Notes: a model not told the origin generated them from the sequence alone. Numbered from the stretch's first letter, positions 10,986 to 20,766 are shown. The stretch: DNA of 64,000 bases from an uncultured delta proteobacterium (GCA_963727485.1 CAVSGM010000001.1:160001-224000), one strand, 5' to 3'. Translations and numbers: made by a program.

Positions 10986-12086
10986 ATGAAGGCCGTCGCG
11001 GTCAAGCCCAAGTCCAAGGAGGTGGTCCTCCTCGAAGACCACCCGGAGCCGAAGATCGCCGCACCCACCGAGGTGAAGCTGAAGATGCGCGCGGTGGGCA
11101 TCTGCGGCACCGACAAGGAGCTGGTCTCCTTCCGCTACGGCGACCCGCCCCCGGGGTCGGACTACCTGGTCATCGGCCACGAGTCCCTCGGCGTGGTGGA
11201 GGCGGTGGGCGAGGGCGTCAAAGGCTTCGCCGTGGGCGACCACGTGGTGCCCATCGTCCGCCGCCCCTGCGACCACCCGGATTGCGCCGCCTGCCGGGGC
11301 GAGCGCCCGGACTTCTGCTTCACCGGCGACTACACCGAGCGCGGGATCAAGCAGGCCCACGGTTACCTCACCGAGCACGTGGTGGTGGACCAGGCCTACC
11401 TCCAGCACGTGCCGGCGTCGCTCGGGATCCACGGGGTGCTCACCGAGCCCTTGACCATCGCCGAGAAGGCCATCGACCAGCTCCACGACGTGCAGCAGCG
11501 CCTCCCCTGGGGCGTGCGCCACCACCGGGCGGTGGTCATCGGCGCCGGGCCGGTGGGCCTCTTGGGGGCCATGGCGCTGATCGCCGACGGCCTCCACGTC
11601 ACCGTCTACTCCCTGGAGGCCGAGGACTCGGACCGGGCGCAGCTGGTTCGCCGCTTCGGCGCCGACTACGTGAGCTCCAAGGTCAGCGATCCGAGGCAGC
11701 TCGCCGAGCGGGTGGGGCGCATCGACGTGGTCTACGAGGCTGCCGGCGCGCCGCAGATCGCCTTCGAGGTGATGGAGGTGCTGGGCACCAACGGGGTGTT
11801 CCTGTTCACCGGCGTCCCCGGCCGCAAGACCCCGGTGGAGATCGAGACCGGCACCCTGATGAAGCGCCTGGTCCTCTCCAACCAGGTGATCCTGGGCACG
11901 GTGAACGCCGGGGTCCCCGCCTTCGAGGCGGCGGTGCGCGACCTCTCGTTCTTCCACGCGCGGTGGCCAAAGGTCATCGAGGCCATGGTCCACCCCTACC
12001 CGCTGGCCGAGTGGAAGACCCCGCTCCTCGAGGGGGGCGCGGGGATCAAGAACATCCTCGTCATCCACGAGGAGGACGCCGCGTGA
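10986..12086 (+). CDS. zinc-dependent (MDR) glucose 1-dehydrogenase-like protein
   Basis: GICGTD, GHESLG, structural Zn cysteines (CDHPDCAAC...DFC), GAGPVG; GGAGG RBS. Confidence 0.85.
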   Translation: MKAVAVKPKSKEVVLLEDHPEPKIAAPTEVKLKMRAVGICGTDKELVSFRYGDPPPGSDYLVIGHESLGVVEAVGEGVKGFAVGDHVVPIVRRPCDHPDCAACRGERPDFCFTGDYTERGIKQAHGYLTEHVVVDQAYLQHVPASLGIHGVLTEPLTIAEKAIDQLHDVQQRLPWGVRHHRAVVIGAGPVGLLGAMALIADGLHVTVYSLEAEDSDRAQLVRRFGADYVSSKVSDPRQLAERVGRIDVVYEAAGAPQIAFEVMEVLGTNGVFLFTGVPGRKTPVEIETGTLMKRLVLSNQVILGTVNAGVPAFEAAVRDLSFFHARWPKVIEAMVHPYPLAEWKTPLLEGGAGIKNILVIHEEDAA

Positions 12087-13888
12087 GGTACCAGCCCATC
12101 GAGAACTACGGGGTCATCGGCGACCTGCACACCGTGGCCCTGGTGGGCCTCGACGGCTCCCTCGACTTCCTCTCGTTTCCCCACTTCGACTCGCCGACGA
12201 TCTTCGCCGCCCTCCTCGACCACGAGAAGGGCGGCCGGTTCAAGATCGCCCCGATGCTCGAGGGGGTGAAGACGCGCCAGCTCTACCTCCCGGACACCAA
12301 CGTCCTGCTCACCCGCTTCCTCTCCGAGGAGGGCGTCGCCGAGATCACCGACTTCATGCCGGTGGAGGAGGCGGGTCACGCCCACAACGTCATCCGCCGG
12401 GTGCGCATGGTCCGCGGGGAGATGCGCTTCCACCTCCTCTGCGACCCGCGCTTCGACTACGGCCGGGCCAAGCACCAGACCCGCCACCAGGAGGGGATGG
12501 TCTACTTCGAGGCCCAGGACGCCCCCGAGCCCCTGGTCGTCCGCCTCCAGGCCGAGGGCGCCGACCTGAAGGTCCGAGAGGGCGCCGCCGTCGCCGAGTT
12601 CCGCCTCAAGGCCGGCGAGGTGGTCGACTTCATCCTCGAGCAGGTCAAGGGCGAGGACACCCCAAAGATCAGCGAGGCCTTCATCTCCGAGGCCTTCCAG
12701 CGGACGGTGAACTTCTGGCGCCGGTGGATCGGCCACTGCCAGTACACCGGCCGCTGGCGGGAGATGGTCAACCGGGCGGCGCTCACCTTGAAGCTGCTCA
12801 CCAGCAAGCCCCACGGGTCCCTGGTGGCGGCGCCGACCTTCGGCCTGCCCGAGCAGATCGGCGGCCCCCGCAACTGGGACTATCGCTACACCTGGATCCG
12901 CGACTCGTCGTTCACCCTCTTCGCCCTGCTGCGCCTCGGCTACCACGAGGAGGCCCACGCGTTCATGGACTGGGTGGAGGATCGGTGCCTTCAGCTCGCC
13001 AGCGGCGGCGGCCTGCAGATCATGTACGGCATCGACGGGCGCACCGAGCTCACCGAGGTCACCCTCGACCACTTCGAGGGCTACCGGGGCTCGAGGCCGG
13101 TGCGCATCGGCAACGCCGCCTACCAGCAGACCCAGCTCGACATCTACGGCGAGCTCCTCGACGCCGCCTACGTCTACGACACCCACGCCGAGCCCATCAG
13201 CTGGGACCTGTGGCAGTCGCTGGCGCGGCTGGTCGACTGGGTGTGCGAGCACTGGGAGACCCAGGACGAGGGCATCTGGGAGGTCAGAGGCGGCGCCAAG
13301 AGCTTCCTCTACTCGCGGCTGATGACCTGGGTGGCCATCGACCGGGGCCTGCGGCTGGCCCTCCAGCGCTCGTTCCCGGCGCCGCTCGAGCGGTGGATGC
13401 AGACCCGCGACGCGATCCACAAGGAGATCTTCGACAACTTCTGGGACCGCAACCGGAAGGCCTTCGTCCAGTACCAGGGCGGCAACGTCCTCGACGCCTC
13501 GACCCTGCTGATGCCGATCATGAAGATCATCGGCTTCAACGACCCCAGGTGGCGCTCGACCCTCAAGGCCATCGAGGAGGACCTGGTCTACGACGCCCTG
13601 GTCTACCGCTACCGCACCGACGACGGGCTCTCCGGCGACGAGGGCACCTTCTCCATGTGCTCGTTCTGGTACGTGGAGAACCTGGCCCAGGCCGGCGAGG
13701 TCGACCGGGCGCGGCTGACCTTCGAGAAGATGCTCGGCTACGCCAACCACCTCGGCCTCTACTCCGAGGAGCTGGGGCCGCGGGGCGAGCACCTGGGCAA
13801 CTTCCCACAGGCGTTCACCCACCTGGGGCTCATCACCTCGGCGCTGCGGTTGGACGAGGGGCTGTCGAAGGCCGGCTGGCGGGCGTAG
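12083..13888 (+). CDS. glycoside hydrolase family 15 (glucoamylase/trehalase-like)
   Basis: YQPIENYGVIGD N-terminus, WDYRYTWIRD, GIWEVRG, LGLYSEE, GNFPQAFTH; GTGA overlap with the upstream gene. Confidence 0.9.
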   Translation: MRYQPIENYGVIGDLHTVALVGLDGSLDFLSFPHFDSPTIFAALLDHEKGGRFKIAPMLEGVKTRQLYLPDTNVLLTRFLSEEGVAEITDFMPVEEAGHAHNVIRRVRMVRGEMRFHLLCDPRFDYGRAKHQTRHQEGMVYFEAQDAPEPLVVRLQAEGADLKVREGAAVAEFRLKAGEVVDFILEQVKGEDTPKISEAFISEAFQRTVNFWRRWIGHCQYTGRWREMVNRAALTLKLLTSKPHGSLVAAPTFGLPEQIGGPRNWDYRYTWIRDSSFTLFALLRLGYHEEAHAFMDWVEDRCLQLASGGGLQIMYGIDGRTELTEVTLDHFEGYRGSRPVRIGNAAYQQTQLDIYGELLDAAYVYDTHAEPISWDLWQSLARLVDWVCEHWETQDEGIWEVRGGAKSFLYSRLMTWVAIDRGLRLALQRSFPAPLERWMQTRDAIHKEIFDNFWDRNRKAFVQYQGGNVLDASTLLMPIMKIIGFNDPRWRSTLKAIEEDLVYDALVYRYRTDDGLSGDEGTFSMCSFWYVENLAQAGEVDRARLTFEKMLGYANHLGLYSEELGPRGEHLGNFPQAFTHLGLITSALRLDEGLSKAGWRA

Positions 13889-13891
13889 AGG

Positions 13892-13923
13892 CCCGCGTCG
13901 CTGCCGGGCCCGGGCGGCGCGGG
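13892..13923. terminator. GC-rich hairpin between convergent genes
   Basis: CCCGCGTCGC pairs with GCGGCGCGGG (one G-U); no U-tract. Confidence 0.4.
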
Positions 13924-13924
13924 G

Positions 13925-15640
13925 CTACCGCGTCGCCTGCCAGGTCCCGGAGATCGCCTGGGACGACCCGCCGACGTCGATGGTGCCCTGCCACTGGCCG
14001 TTGAGCAGGCCCTCGCACACCAGGTCGTGGTCGTCGTCGTGGATCTCGGCGACGCCGGTGAGGTCCACCGTGCTCGGCTGGGCGGCGGCGAGCTGGGCGA
14101 GCTGGCTGTCGATCTGGTTGCCGATGGCCGTGAGCACCGTGCCGCAGGCGCTGAAGAGCTGGGCGTTGGTGAACACCGAGTACCCGGCGATGTTCAGGCC
14201 GTCGCCCTGGGTGCCGTCGGCGCCGTCGAGGTAGTCGGCGACCCGCTGGCAGTCGATGGAGCCGTTCAGGATGTCGCCGGTGCTCGTGGCCCCGGGGATG
14301 ACCTCGGGGTAGACGACCTGCATCAGGAAGAGGTGGAAGAGCTGGGCGTAGGGGATCTGCGCCTGGTGGCTGGGGACGTTGAACCGCGGGTCGGCGCGGG
14401 TCACCGGGTAGCTGGTGGTCACCTCGCCGACCTCGGTGCCGGCCAGGGCGAGCTTGCGCTGGTCGCAGCCGGGGGTCGCGGTCGGGTCGCAGTTGCCCAC
14501 GAAGGTGAAGATGGCGGTCTGCCACACCTCCTTGGCCGAGAGGCTCCCGCCGGCATCGCTGACGGTGAAGGTCCCCTCGACCTTGGGCTTGGTGACCACG
14601 CCCGCGGCCTGGCTCACCCAGGTGGCCCACTTGCGGAAGGTCGGCGGCACGTACTTGGCGTAGAGGTCGTTGAGGCCGCTGATGGCCGCGTTCTGGATGA
14701 AGCCGGGGACGCTGGTGGGGTCCACGCCGATCTGGTTCTCGATGAGCGTCACCAGGTAGAGCCCCGGGTCGGTGGGGTCGTTGAAGATCTGGCTGACGGT
14801 CTGGATGATGGTGCCCACCGTCCCCGGCATCGCCCCGCCCATGTCGTAGCTCGCCTGGTACTGGTAGGTGCCCACCAGCTGCACCCCGCGCTTGGTGAGG
14901 GTCACGGTGGTGGTGGCGGTCTGGCCGGCGGTGAGGCCGACGTTGGTGGTGCACCCGTCGGCGACCACCACCCCGGCGGCGTTCTTCGCCAGGGCCAGGA
15001 CGGTGACGTAGGTGCCGCCGGTGAGGTTCTGGAAGGTCAGCGAGCCGTTGCCGCTGAAGCCCTGGACCGTCTGCATCGGGACCAGGGGCGTGGGCATGGT
15101 CTGGAGGTTCAGGGCGTCGCAGGTCACCGACTGGTCCTCGACGTAGAGGTCCACGGCGGAGGCGGGCTGGGCGGTCTGGTCGGCGTAGGTCGCGGTCACG
15201 GTCAGGGACGCCGGGTCCACGTGGGGGGCGGTGACGGTGACGTCCACCGCGGCATCCCCGGCGTCGAGGCTCGAGACCACCACCTGGAAGCTGGCGGCGC
15301 CGGTGCCGGCGGTGAGGTCCACCGAGGCGGTGCCGTCGGCGCCGGTGGTGCCCTGGGCCGCCGAGAGGGTGCTCCCCGCGGCCGCGCCGGTGGTGGAGAA
15401 GGCGAGGGTCCGGCCGCTGACCGGCTGGCCGCCCTGGGTCAGCTTCGCGGTGATGGTGCCGGTGGACCCGGGGCCGAGGGTCATGGTCGCGCCGGTGGTG
15501 ATCTCGAGGGCGAAGGCCCCGCTGCCGCCGTCGGTCCCGCCGTCCGGCCCGTGGACCTTGATGATGGCCGAGTCGCCGCAGGCGGCGGCGAAGGCCAGGG
15601 TGGACAGCAGGGCGGCGGTGGCGACGAGGCGGCGGCGCAT
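13925..15640 (-). CDS. surface lipoprotein with invasin/Big_1-like Ig domain and Cys-containing C-terminal domain
   Basis: Lipobox FAAAC; T/G-rich beta domain (TTGADGTASVDLTAG); paired cysteines. Confidence 0.7.
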   Translation of the reverse strand: MRRRLVATAALLSTLAFAAACGDSAIIKVHGPDGGTDGGSGAFALEITTGATMTLGPGSTGTITAKLTQGGQPVSGRTLAFSTTGAAAGSTLSAAQGTTGADGTASVDLTAGTGAASFQVVVSSLDAGDAAVDVTVTAPHVDPASLTVTATYADQTAQPASAVDLYVEDQSVTCDALNLQTMPTPLVPMQTVQGFSGNGSLTFQNLTGGTYVTVLALAKNAAGVVVADGCTTNVGLTAGQTATTTVTLTKRGVQLVGTYQYQASYDMGGAMPGTVGTIIQTVSQIFNDPTDPGLYLVTLIENQIGVDPTSVPGFIQNAAISGLNDLYAKYVPPTFRKWATWVSQAAGVVTKPKVEGTFTVSDAGGSLSAKEVWQTAIFTFVGNCDPTATPGCDQRKLALAGTEVGEVTTSYPVTRADPRFNVPSHQAQIPYAQLFHLFLMQVVYPEVIPGATSTGDILNGSIDCQRVADYLDGADGTQGDGLNIAGYSVFTNAQLFSACGTVLTAIGNQIDSQLAQLAAAQPSTVDLTGVAEIHDDDHDLVCEGLLNGQWQGTIDVGGSSQAISGTWQATR

Positions 15641-15850
15641 GGGCTTGGTCTCCTGGTGAGGCTCGGCGTGAGGCTCGGAGGGGACCGAGGATCCTACCTG
15701 ACCGGGGCGGATTCTGGCACTCCGCCAAGGGGAGGATGGGGGGATCCCGGGCCACCGGTCGCCCCCGCCGCCGCGTTGCGCCCGCCGCCCCCGGCTGGTA
15801 GGCTCTCCATCTCCGGTTCAACCCGCTGGAATCACACGAAGAATTTTTTC

Positions 15851-15880
15851 GTGAATTCAGGACCCTCTCCCCACGTCCAA
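15851..15880 (+). promoter_or_regulatory. putative ECF sigma promoter (GTGAAT-N17-CGTCCAA)
   Basis: Matches the GAAy...GTC architecture of RpoE-like promoters; upstream of the ECF sigma gene; similar motif repeated at 16544. Confidence 0.5.
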
Positions 15881-15916
15881 GGGAGCCGGGCCCGAGGCGC
15901 GGGCATCGAGGGCCCC

Positions 15917-16538
15917 GTGGAGCTCGACGACAAGCAGCTGGTGGCGCGCAGCCTCGAGGGCGATGCCCGGGCCTTCGAGGCGTTGGTCCGTGCCTACCAG
16001 CGGCGGGTGTTTCGCGTGGCCTTCGGGATGCTCAAGAACCAGGAAGACGCGATGGACATCGCCCAGGAGGCCTTCGTGAAGGCCCACCAGAACCTCGACC
16101 GGTTCAAGGGCGACGCGGCGTTCTACACCTGGATCTACCGGATCACGACCAACCTCTGCATCGACCACCTGCGCCGGAAGCGGGGCGAGCACGTCGAGTA
16201 CGACGACGGGATCCGCCGCCAGGAGGCCGAGGGCGCCACCCTGGGCCTGCGTACCGCCAGCAAGCAGGGCTCCCCCCAGAAGCGGGCCCTCGACCACGAG
16301 CTCGCCGAGCAGCTCGAGGCGGCGCTGGCCACCCTCACCGACGCCCACCGGGAGATCCTGGTCCTCCGGGAGGTCGAGGGGCTCTCCTACGAGGAGCTCG
16401 CCGAGGCCCTTCGAGATCCCCAAGGGCACGGTGATGAGCCGGCTCTTCCACGCGCGCAAGAAGATGCAGCAGGCCCTCTCCGCCTACGTGGCCGGCGAGC
16501 CCACCGAGGGATCGCAGCCCCAGGAGGAGACCGGCTGA
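15917..16538 (+). CDS. ECF (RpoE-like) RNA polymerase sigma factor (apparent frameshift ~16410)
   Basis: Region 2 DAMDIAQEAFVKA...FYTWIYRITTNLCID; region 4 [27 protein letters not shown] once the frame is corrected. Confidence 0.9.
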
Positions 16539-16543
16539 CGGGG

Positions 16544-16572
16544 GTGAACAAAGCGCCGGCTCCCGCGTCCAT
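16544..16572 (+). promoter_or_regulatory. second putative ECF promoter (GTGAAC-N16-CGTCCAT)
   Basis: Same motif as 15851-15880, located between sigma and anti-sigma genes. Confidence 0.45.
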
Positions 16573-16593
16573 GACGGTGCCGGTCCCCAGCAG

Positions 16594-17122
16594 GTGAACG
16601 AGATGGCCTTGGAGCACGAACCAGACACCCGGATCTCCGCCTACGTCGACGGCGAGCTCTCCGCCGAGGAGGCCAGGGCCTTCGAGGCCCGCCTCGCCGC
16701 CGAGCCGGGGCTCGCCGCCGAGGCCGAGGTCTACCGGGCCCTCGGAGACGCCCTGCGCCGGGACGCCGACCTCGCCGAGCAGTCCGTCGACTTCGACGGG
16801 TTCTACGAGGGCGTCGCCGCCCGGATCACGCCCCGGCCCGCAGCGCAGCCCGCGCCCCGCCCCGGCCGGAATCCGCCGCCTCGCCGCCGCCTTCGCCCGC
16901 CTCCTCCAGCGCCCGGCGCTCGCCGCCGCCGCCGCCGCCTTCCTCTTCGTGGTCGGGGCCGGGTCCTTCTACCTGGTCCACGCCAGCCGCACCCAGCCGT
17001 TCACCTTCGGCGGCGGGCCGGCGGTCATCGAGGACCTCTCGGTCGACGACGGCGGTGCGGTCGTCTACCGTACCCAGAGCAACACCACGGTCATCTGGCT
17101 CACCGCGAACAAGGGGACCTGA
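16594..17122 (+). CDS. anti-sigma factor (apparent frameshift ~16870)
   Basis: ISAYVDGELS N-terminal motif; after removing one A: TM helix and C-terminal VIEDLSV...TTVIWL; directly follows the ECF sigma. Confidence 0.8.
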
Positions 17123-17127
17123 CGTCC

Positions 17128-17565
17128 ATGCCCGCCGCCCGCCACGCCGCCCTCGCCGTCGTCCTCGCCGCCCTCCTCGCCCCCGCCGCCGCCCGGGCCG
17201 GCGGCTCGGTGACCGTGCGGGTCACCGTGATCCACGCGTCCAAGAAGGGCCACAAGGTCGACGCCCGCCTGCGCAGCCTCAAGCGCCAGCTCTCCAGCTT
17301 CGCCTTCACCAGCTACCAGCTGGTGGGCCAGCACTCGGTGAGCGTGGGCTTCGGCCAGACCGGCAAGGTCACCCTCCCCGGCGGCCGGGCCCTCCAGGTG
17401 GTGCCCCAGCGCCGGGACCCCGACGGCAAGCTCCGGGTGCGGCTGGTGATCAAGGGCCTGGTCGACACCACCTATGCCATCGCCCAGGGCGGCACCCTGA
17501 TCATCGGCGGGCCGCCCTACCAGGGCGGGGTCCTCATCCTCGCCGTCACCCAGACCGCCCGGTGA
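17128..17565 (+). CDS. secreted hypothetical protein
   Basis: Signal peptide (AAARA); basic beta-rich domain ending GGTLIIGGP...LILAVT. Confidence 0.7.
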   Translation: MPAARHAALAVVLAALLAPAAARAGGSVTVRVTVIHASKKGHKVDARLRSLKRQLSSFAFTSYQLVGQHSVSVGFGQTGKVTLPGGRALQVVPQRRDPDGKLRVRLVIKGLVDTTYAIAQGGTLIIGGPPYQGGVLILAVTQTAR

Positions 17566-19013
17566 GCTCGGTGAGGTGGCGCCTCGCGGCGGTGGCGGTC
17601 CTCGCCGCGGCCCTCACGGCCGCCCCGGCCCTCGCCGACGCCGCGCCCGACCAGGCGCCGGCGGACAACGCGCCGGCCCGCGACCACCCGGTCCACCCGG
17701 CGCCGCCGCCCGCCGCCAAGACCCCGCCGCCCGCCGCCAAGACCCCGCCGCCGGCCGCCAAGACCCCGCCGCCCGCTGACGACGCGATCCCCCACTTCCA
17801 CGTCTGGGGCGAGGCCGGGGTGCGGGTCCTCGACGGCGACCTCCTCGTCGCCCTGCGCCCGGGGCTGCTGGTGACCGCCCCGCGCCTGCGCCTGGTCCTC
17901 TCGCCGGTCTTCGAGGTCCGGCCGGCGCCCCTGAAGCCCGGCGGCTCGCTCCTGCGCACCGAGGACTGGGACGAGGTCACCGACTACGGGCGCATCCTCA
18001 ACCGCTTCGAGGCCTCGGACGAGGGCGGGGTGTGGGCGGTGCGCGCCGGGCGCCTCGGCGACGCGCGCCTGGGCCACGGGACGGTGGTCGACGACTACGT
18101 CACCAGCCTCGATCCCGACCACGGCCACACCGGGGCCTGGGCCACCGTCGCCGGGGACGCCGTCAGGGTGTCGATGCTCGCCGGGGAGATCCTCTCGCCC
18201 CAGGTCCTGGCGATGCACCTGGCGGTCTCGCCCCTGCGCCTCCTCTCGCCCGCGGGCTTCGCCGGGTGGCACCTGGGCCTCCTCGGCGCCGCCGACGCCC
18301 GGGCCCCGGTCGAGTTCCTCGGGGGCGCCACCTCGGTGCGCCTGCCCCGGGAGCGCCACGCCGCCGTCGCCATCGCCGGCCTCGACACCGACGTCGTCGT
18401 CTGGCGGGCCCCCTCGGGCTCGTTCGCCCCCTACGTCGACGCCAACCTCGAGGTCCTGGGGCCGCGGCAGGGCCGGGGGGCGGTGCACCTGGGCCTGCTC
18501 CTCGACCTGCGCTTCGCCGGCAACGCCAGGCTCGCCTTCAAGCTCGAGGCGAGGCGCCTCGGCAAGGGCTACCTCCCCGAGTACTTCGGGGCCACCTACT
18601 CCATCGCCCGCTACGCCTGGCCGCTGGGCGGCACCACCCCCCAGGCGGTGGCCCCGGGCCTGCCCCCGACCTGGGGCGGCCGGATCGAGGCCCAGCTGAA
18701 GGTGGGCTCGAAGGTCCGGGTGGCCCTGCGCGCCGACGGCCGGGAGGTGGGCCCCGGCGACGTGAGCCTCGACGCCGAGGTCACGGGGATCCACGGCTTC
18801 GACGCGGCGGTGCACCTGGCCCACGTGGGCTTCCACGGGTGGCGGGCCATGGCGAACGACAGCGGGTGGCTGGGCGTCGCCGAGGCCCGGTGGCACTTCG
18901 TGAAGGCGGCCTATGCGTACCTGCGCGCCGGGCGCATCTACCGGGTCGACGCGGTGACCGGCGCCTACGCCCCGACGACCGACCTGGGGCTCGGGGCCGG
19001 CGGGAGCTTCTAG
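17562..19013 (+). CDS. putative outer-membrane beta-barrel protein
   Basis: Signal peptide, Pro-rich linker, amphipathic beta strands, C-terminal Phe (GAGGSF); GTGA overlap with the upstream gene. Confidence 0.65.
   Translation: MSSVRWRLAAVAVLAAALTAAPALADAAPDQAPADNAPARDHPVHPAPPPAAKTPPPAAKTPPPAAKTPPPADDAIPHFHVWGEAGVRVLDGDLLVALRPGLLVTAPRLRLVLSPVFEVRPAPLKPGGSLLRTEDWDEVTDYGRILNRFEASDEGGVWAVRAGRLGDARLGHGTVVDDYVTSLDPDHGHTGAWATVAGDAVRVSMLAGEILSPQVLAMHLAVSPLRLLSPAGFAGWHLGLLGAADARAPVEFLGGATSVRLPRERHAAVAIAGLDTDVVVWRAPSGSFAPYVDANLEVLGPRQGRGAVHLGLLLDLRFAGNARLAFKLEARRLGKGYLPEYFGATYSIARYAWPLGGTTPQAVAPGLPPTWGGRIEAQLKVGSKVRVALRADGREVGPGDVSLDAEVTGIHGFDAAVHLAHVGFHGWRAMANDSGWLGVAEARWHFVKAAYAYLRAGRIYRVDAVTGAYAPTTDLGLGAGGSF
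17703..17776 (+). repeat. 21-bp coding tandem repeat (PPPAAKT x3.5)
   Basis: CCGCCGCCCGCCGCCAAGACC at 17703, 17724, 17745 (1 mismatch) plus a partial copy. Confidence 0.9.
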
Positions 19014-19020
19014 GCGCCCC

Positions 19021-19735
19021 TCACCCCCCGCTGCCGTGGAACTTGTCGCGCTCGTCGCGGAACAGGACGTTGAAGCTGGTCAGCAATCCGTAGCACCGGG
19101 TGATGTACGCCTCGAGCTCGACCTTCTCCGCCTCGGTGAGCGTCTTGTGGCTGTTGAGCTTCGCCTCCAGCACCCGGAGCTGGTCGCGGATCCGGACGAT
19201 CTTCTTGAACAGGGCGTCCAGGTCCATCTCCTTGGGCTGGGTGTCGTTGCCCGGCTTGAGGACCAGGGTGCCGCCCTCCCACTTGCCGGCCAGCTCCGGG
19301 AGGGGGCCGGCCTCGAGGGCCTCGCGGACGATCTCGATGAGCTCGCTTCGGGTCATGTCGGAGAGGTCTCCCAGGTCGACGTCGGGATCCGGCCGCGGGG
19401 GCCGGGGGACGGTGGCGGAGGTGGAGGCGGCGCCGGCGGTCGGGGCGCCGGCGTGGCGGACCCGGGGGCCCACGGTGCGGGCCCGGCGCCGGCGGCTCGG
19501 CTCGGTGGGGGGCGCCGAGGGGATCTCGGAGCCCCGGGCGAGGAAGCGGTCGCAGGCCGGGGCGGTGGCCGGGAGGTCGCCGCGGTCCGGGCGCAGCCGG
19601 CAGTGGCAGACCCAGCGATCGCGGTCGTCGCGCCACAGGGCCTTCCACACCAGGCAGTTGCCGCAGAGGCGGGCGCCGGGGGCGAGGCCGGCGGTGGCCT
19701 CGGCGAGGGGATTCCGGCGGCGGGGCGTCGTCCAT
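19021..19735 (-). CDS. conserved hypothetical protein with N-terminal Cys cluster (apparent frameshift ~19712)
   Basis: Corrected N-terminus MDDAPPPDPLAE...LCGNC...CHC...AC; C-terminal KWEGGTLVLKPG...FKKIVRIRDQLRVLEAKLN...YITRCYG. Confidence 0.7.
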
Positions 19736-19743
19736 CGTCGGCG

Positions 19744-19772
19744 ACGGTACGCAGGGGCGCCGCTCAGGTCAA
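19744..19772 (-). promoter_or_regulatory. putative sigma70-type promoter (TTGACC-N17-TACCGT)
   Basis: Canonical spacing; ATG lies 8 nt downstream of the -10 box; no SD sequence. Confidence 0.55.
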
Positions 19773-19783
19773 CGGAGGGCGGC

Positions 19784-20725
19784 TCACGGCAGGGCGGCGA
19801 GGCCGGCGGTGAGGGCCAGGGTCAGCGCGCAGCCCACGCCGAGGGCGATCGCCGCCGCCTCGGCCCGGCCCCGGGGCGAGGCCCGACCCGGGAGGAGCGC
19901 CGCCGAGGGCAGGGCCGAGGCGGCCGCGGCGGCGAGGCCGGGGAGGGCGATCGCCGGGGCGAAGGGGGCGAAGGTCCCGAGGAGCCCCAGGGCCACCGAC
20001 CCGAGGACCAGGCCGGCGGCCGCCCCGGCGAGGCGGGGGCCGGCGCGCCCCGGGCGATCGCGGAGGTGGCCGGCGAAGGTCGCCGCGGGGATCGCCAGGA
20101 CCGGGAGCACCAGGCCGGCGGTGCCGGCGCCGGCGAGCCCCGGGACCGCGGCGGCGGCCAGCGCCAGGACCGTGGCCCCGGCGGCGAGGCCGTGCTCGGG
20201 GCCCCGGCCCGCCCGGGGGCGCCGGAGGAGGCCCGGGATCGCCAGCACCACCCAGGGCGCCCCGAGGGCCAGGGCCCCGAGGTGGGCGGCGAGGGCGCCG
20301 GCGGCGGCGTCGGCGGACGGCGGGGCCAGGGCGTGGCGCCAGGCGGCGGCGCCCACCAGGAGCCCGGCGCCGGTGACGACCCCGGCGACCCGCAGGAGCC
20401 GCCCGCTGCCCGGGCCGGCGGCCAGGAGGCACAGGCCCACCGCGAGCGAGAGCGGGGTGAGCACCGGGAGGCTCCCGAGGACCAGGGCCACGGTGGCGAG
20501 GTCCACGGCGAAGCGGTTGTCGGCGTGGGCCCGGAGGCGCCGGCGCAGGCCCCAGGCCAGCGCCAGGAGGAGGAGGGCGAAGGCCGCCTTCCCCGTGGGC
20601 AGGCCCCCGATCGCCTGGGGGATCGCCGCCGGCAGGGGCAGGGCGGCGAGGTGGGCCGGCGCCGGGGGCCACAGCAGCGCCCCGGCCAGGGCGAGCAGCG
20701 GCCAGGGGTCGAGGCGACGGATCAC
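19784..20725 (-). CDS. hypothetical integral membrane protein
   Basis: 313 aa, multiple L/A/G-rich hydrophobic segments. Confidence 0.55.
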   Translation of the reverse strand: MIRRLDPWPLLALAGALLWPPAPAHLAALPLPAAIPQAIGGLPTGKAAFALLLLALAWGLRRRLRAHADNRFAVDLATVALVLGSLPVLTPLSLAVGLCLLAAGPGSGRLLRVAGVVTGAGLLVGAAAWRHALAPPSADAAAGALAAHLGALALGAPWVVLAIPGLLRRPRAGRGPEHGLAAGATVLALAAAAVPGLAGAGTAGLVLPVLAIPAATFAGHLRDRPGRAGPRLAGAAAGLVLGSVALGLLGTFAPFAPAIALPGLAAAAASALPSAALLPGRASPRGRAEAAAIALGVGCALTLALTAGLAALP

Positions 20726-20766
20726 GGAGGTGAGGGTAGCGGGCCGGGGATCGGGCCGCCAACCCC

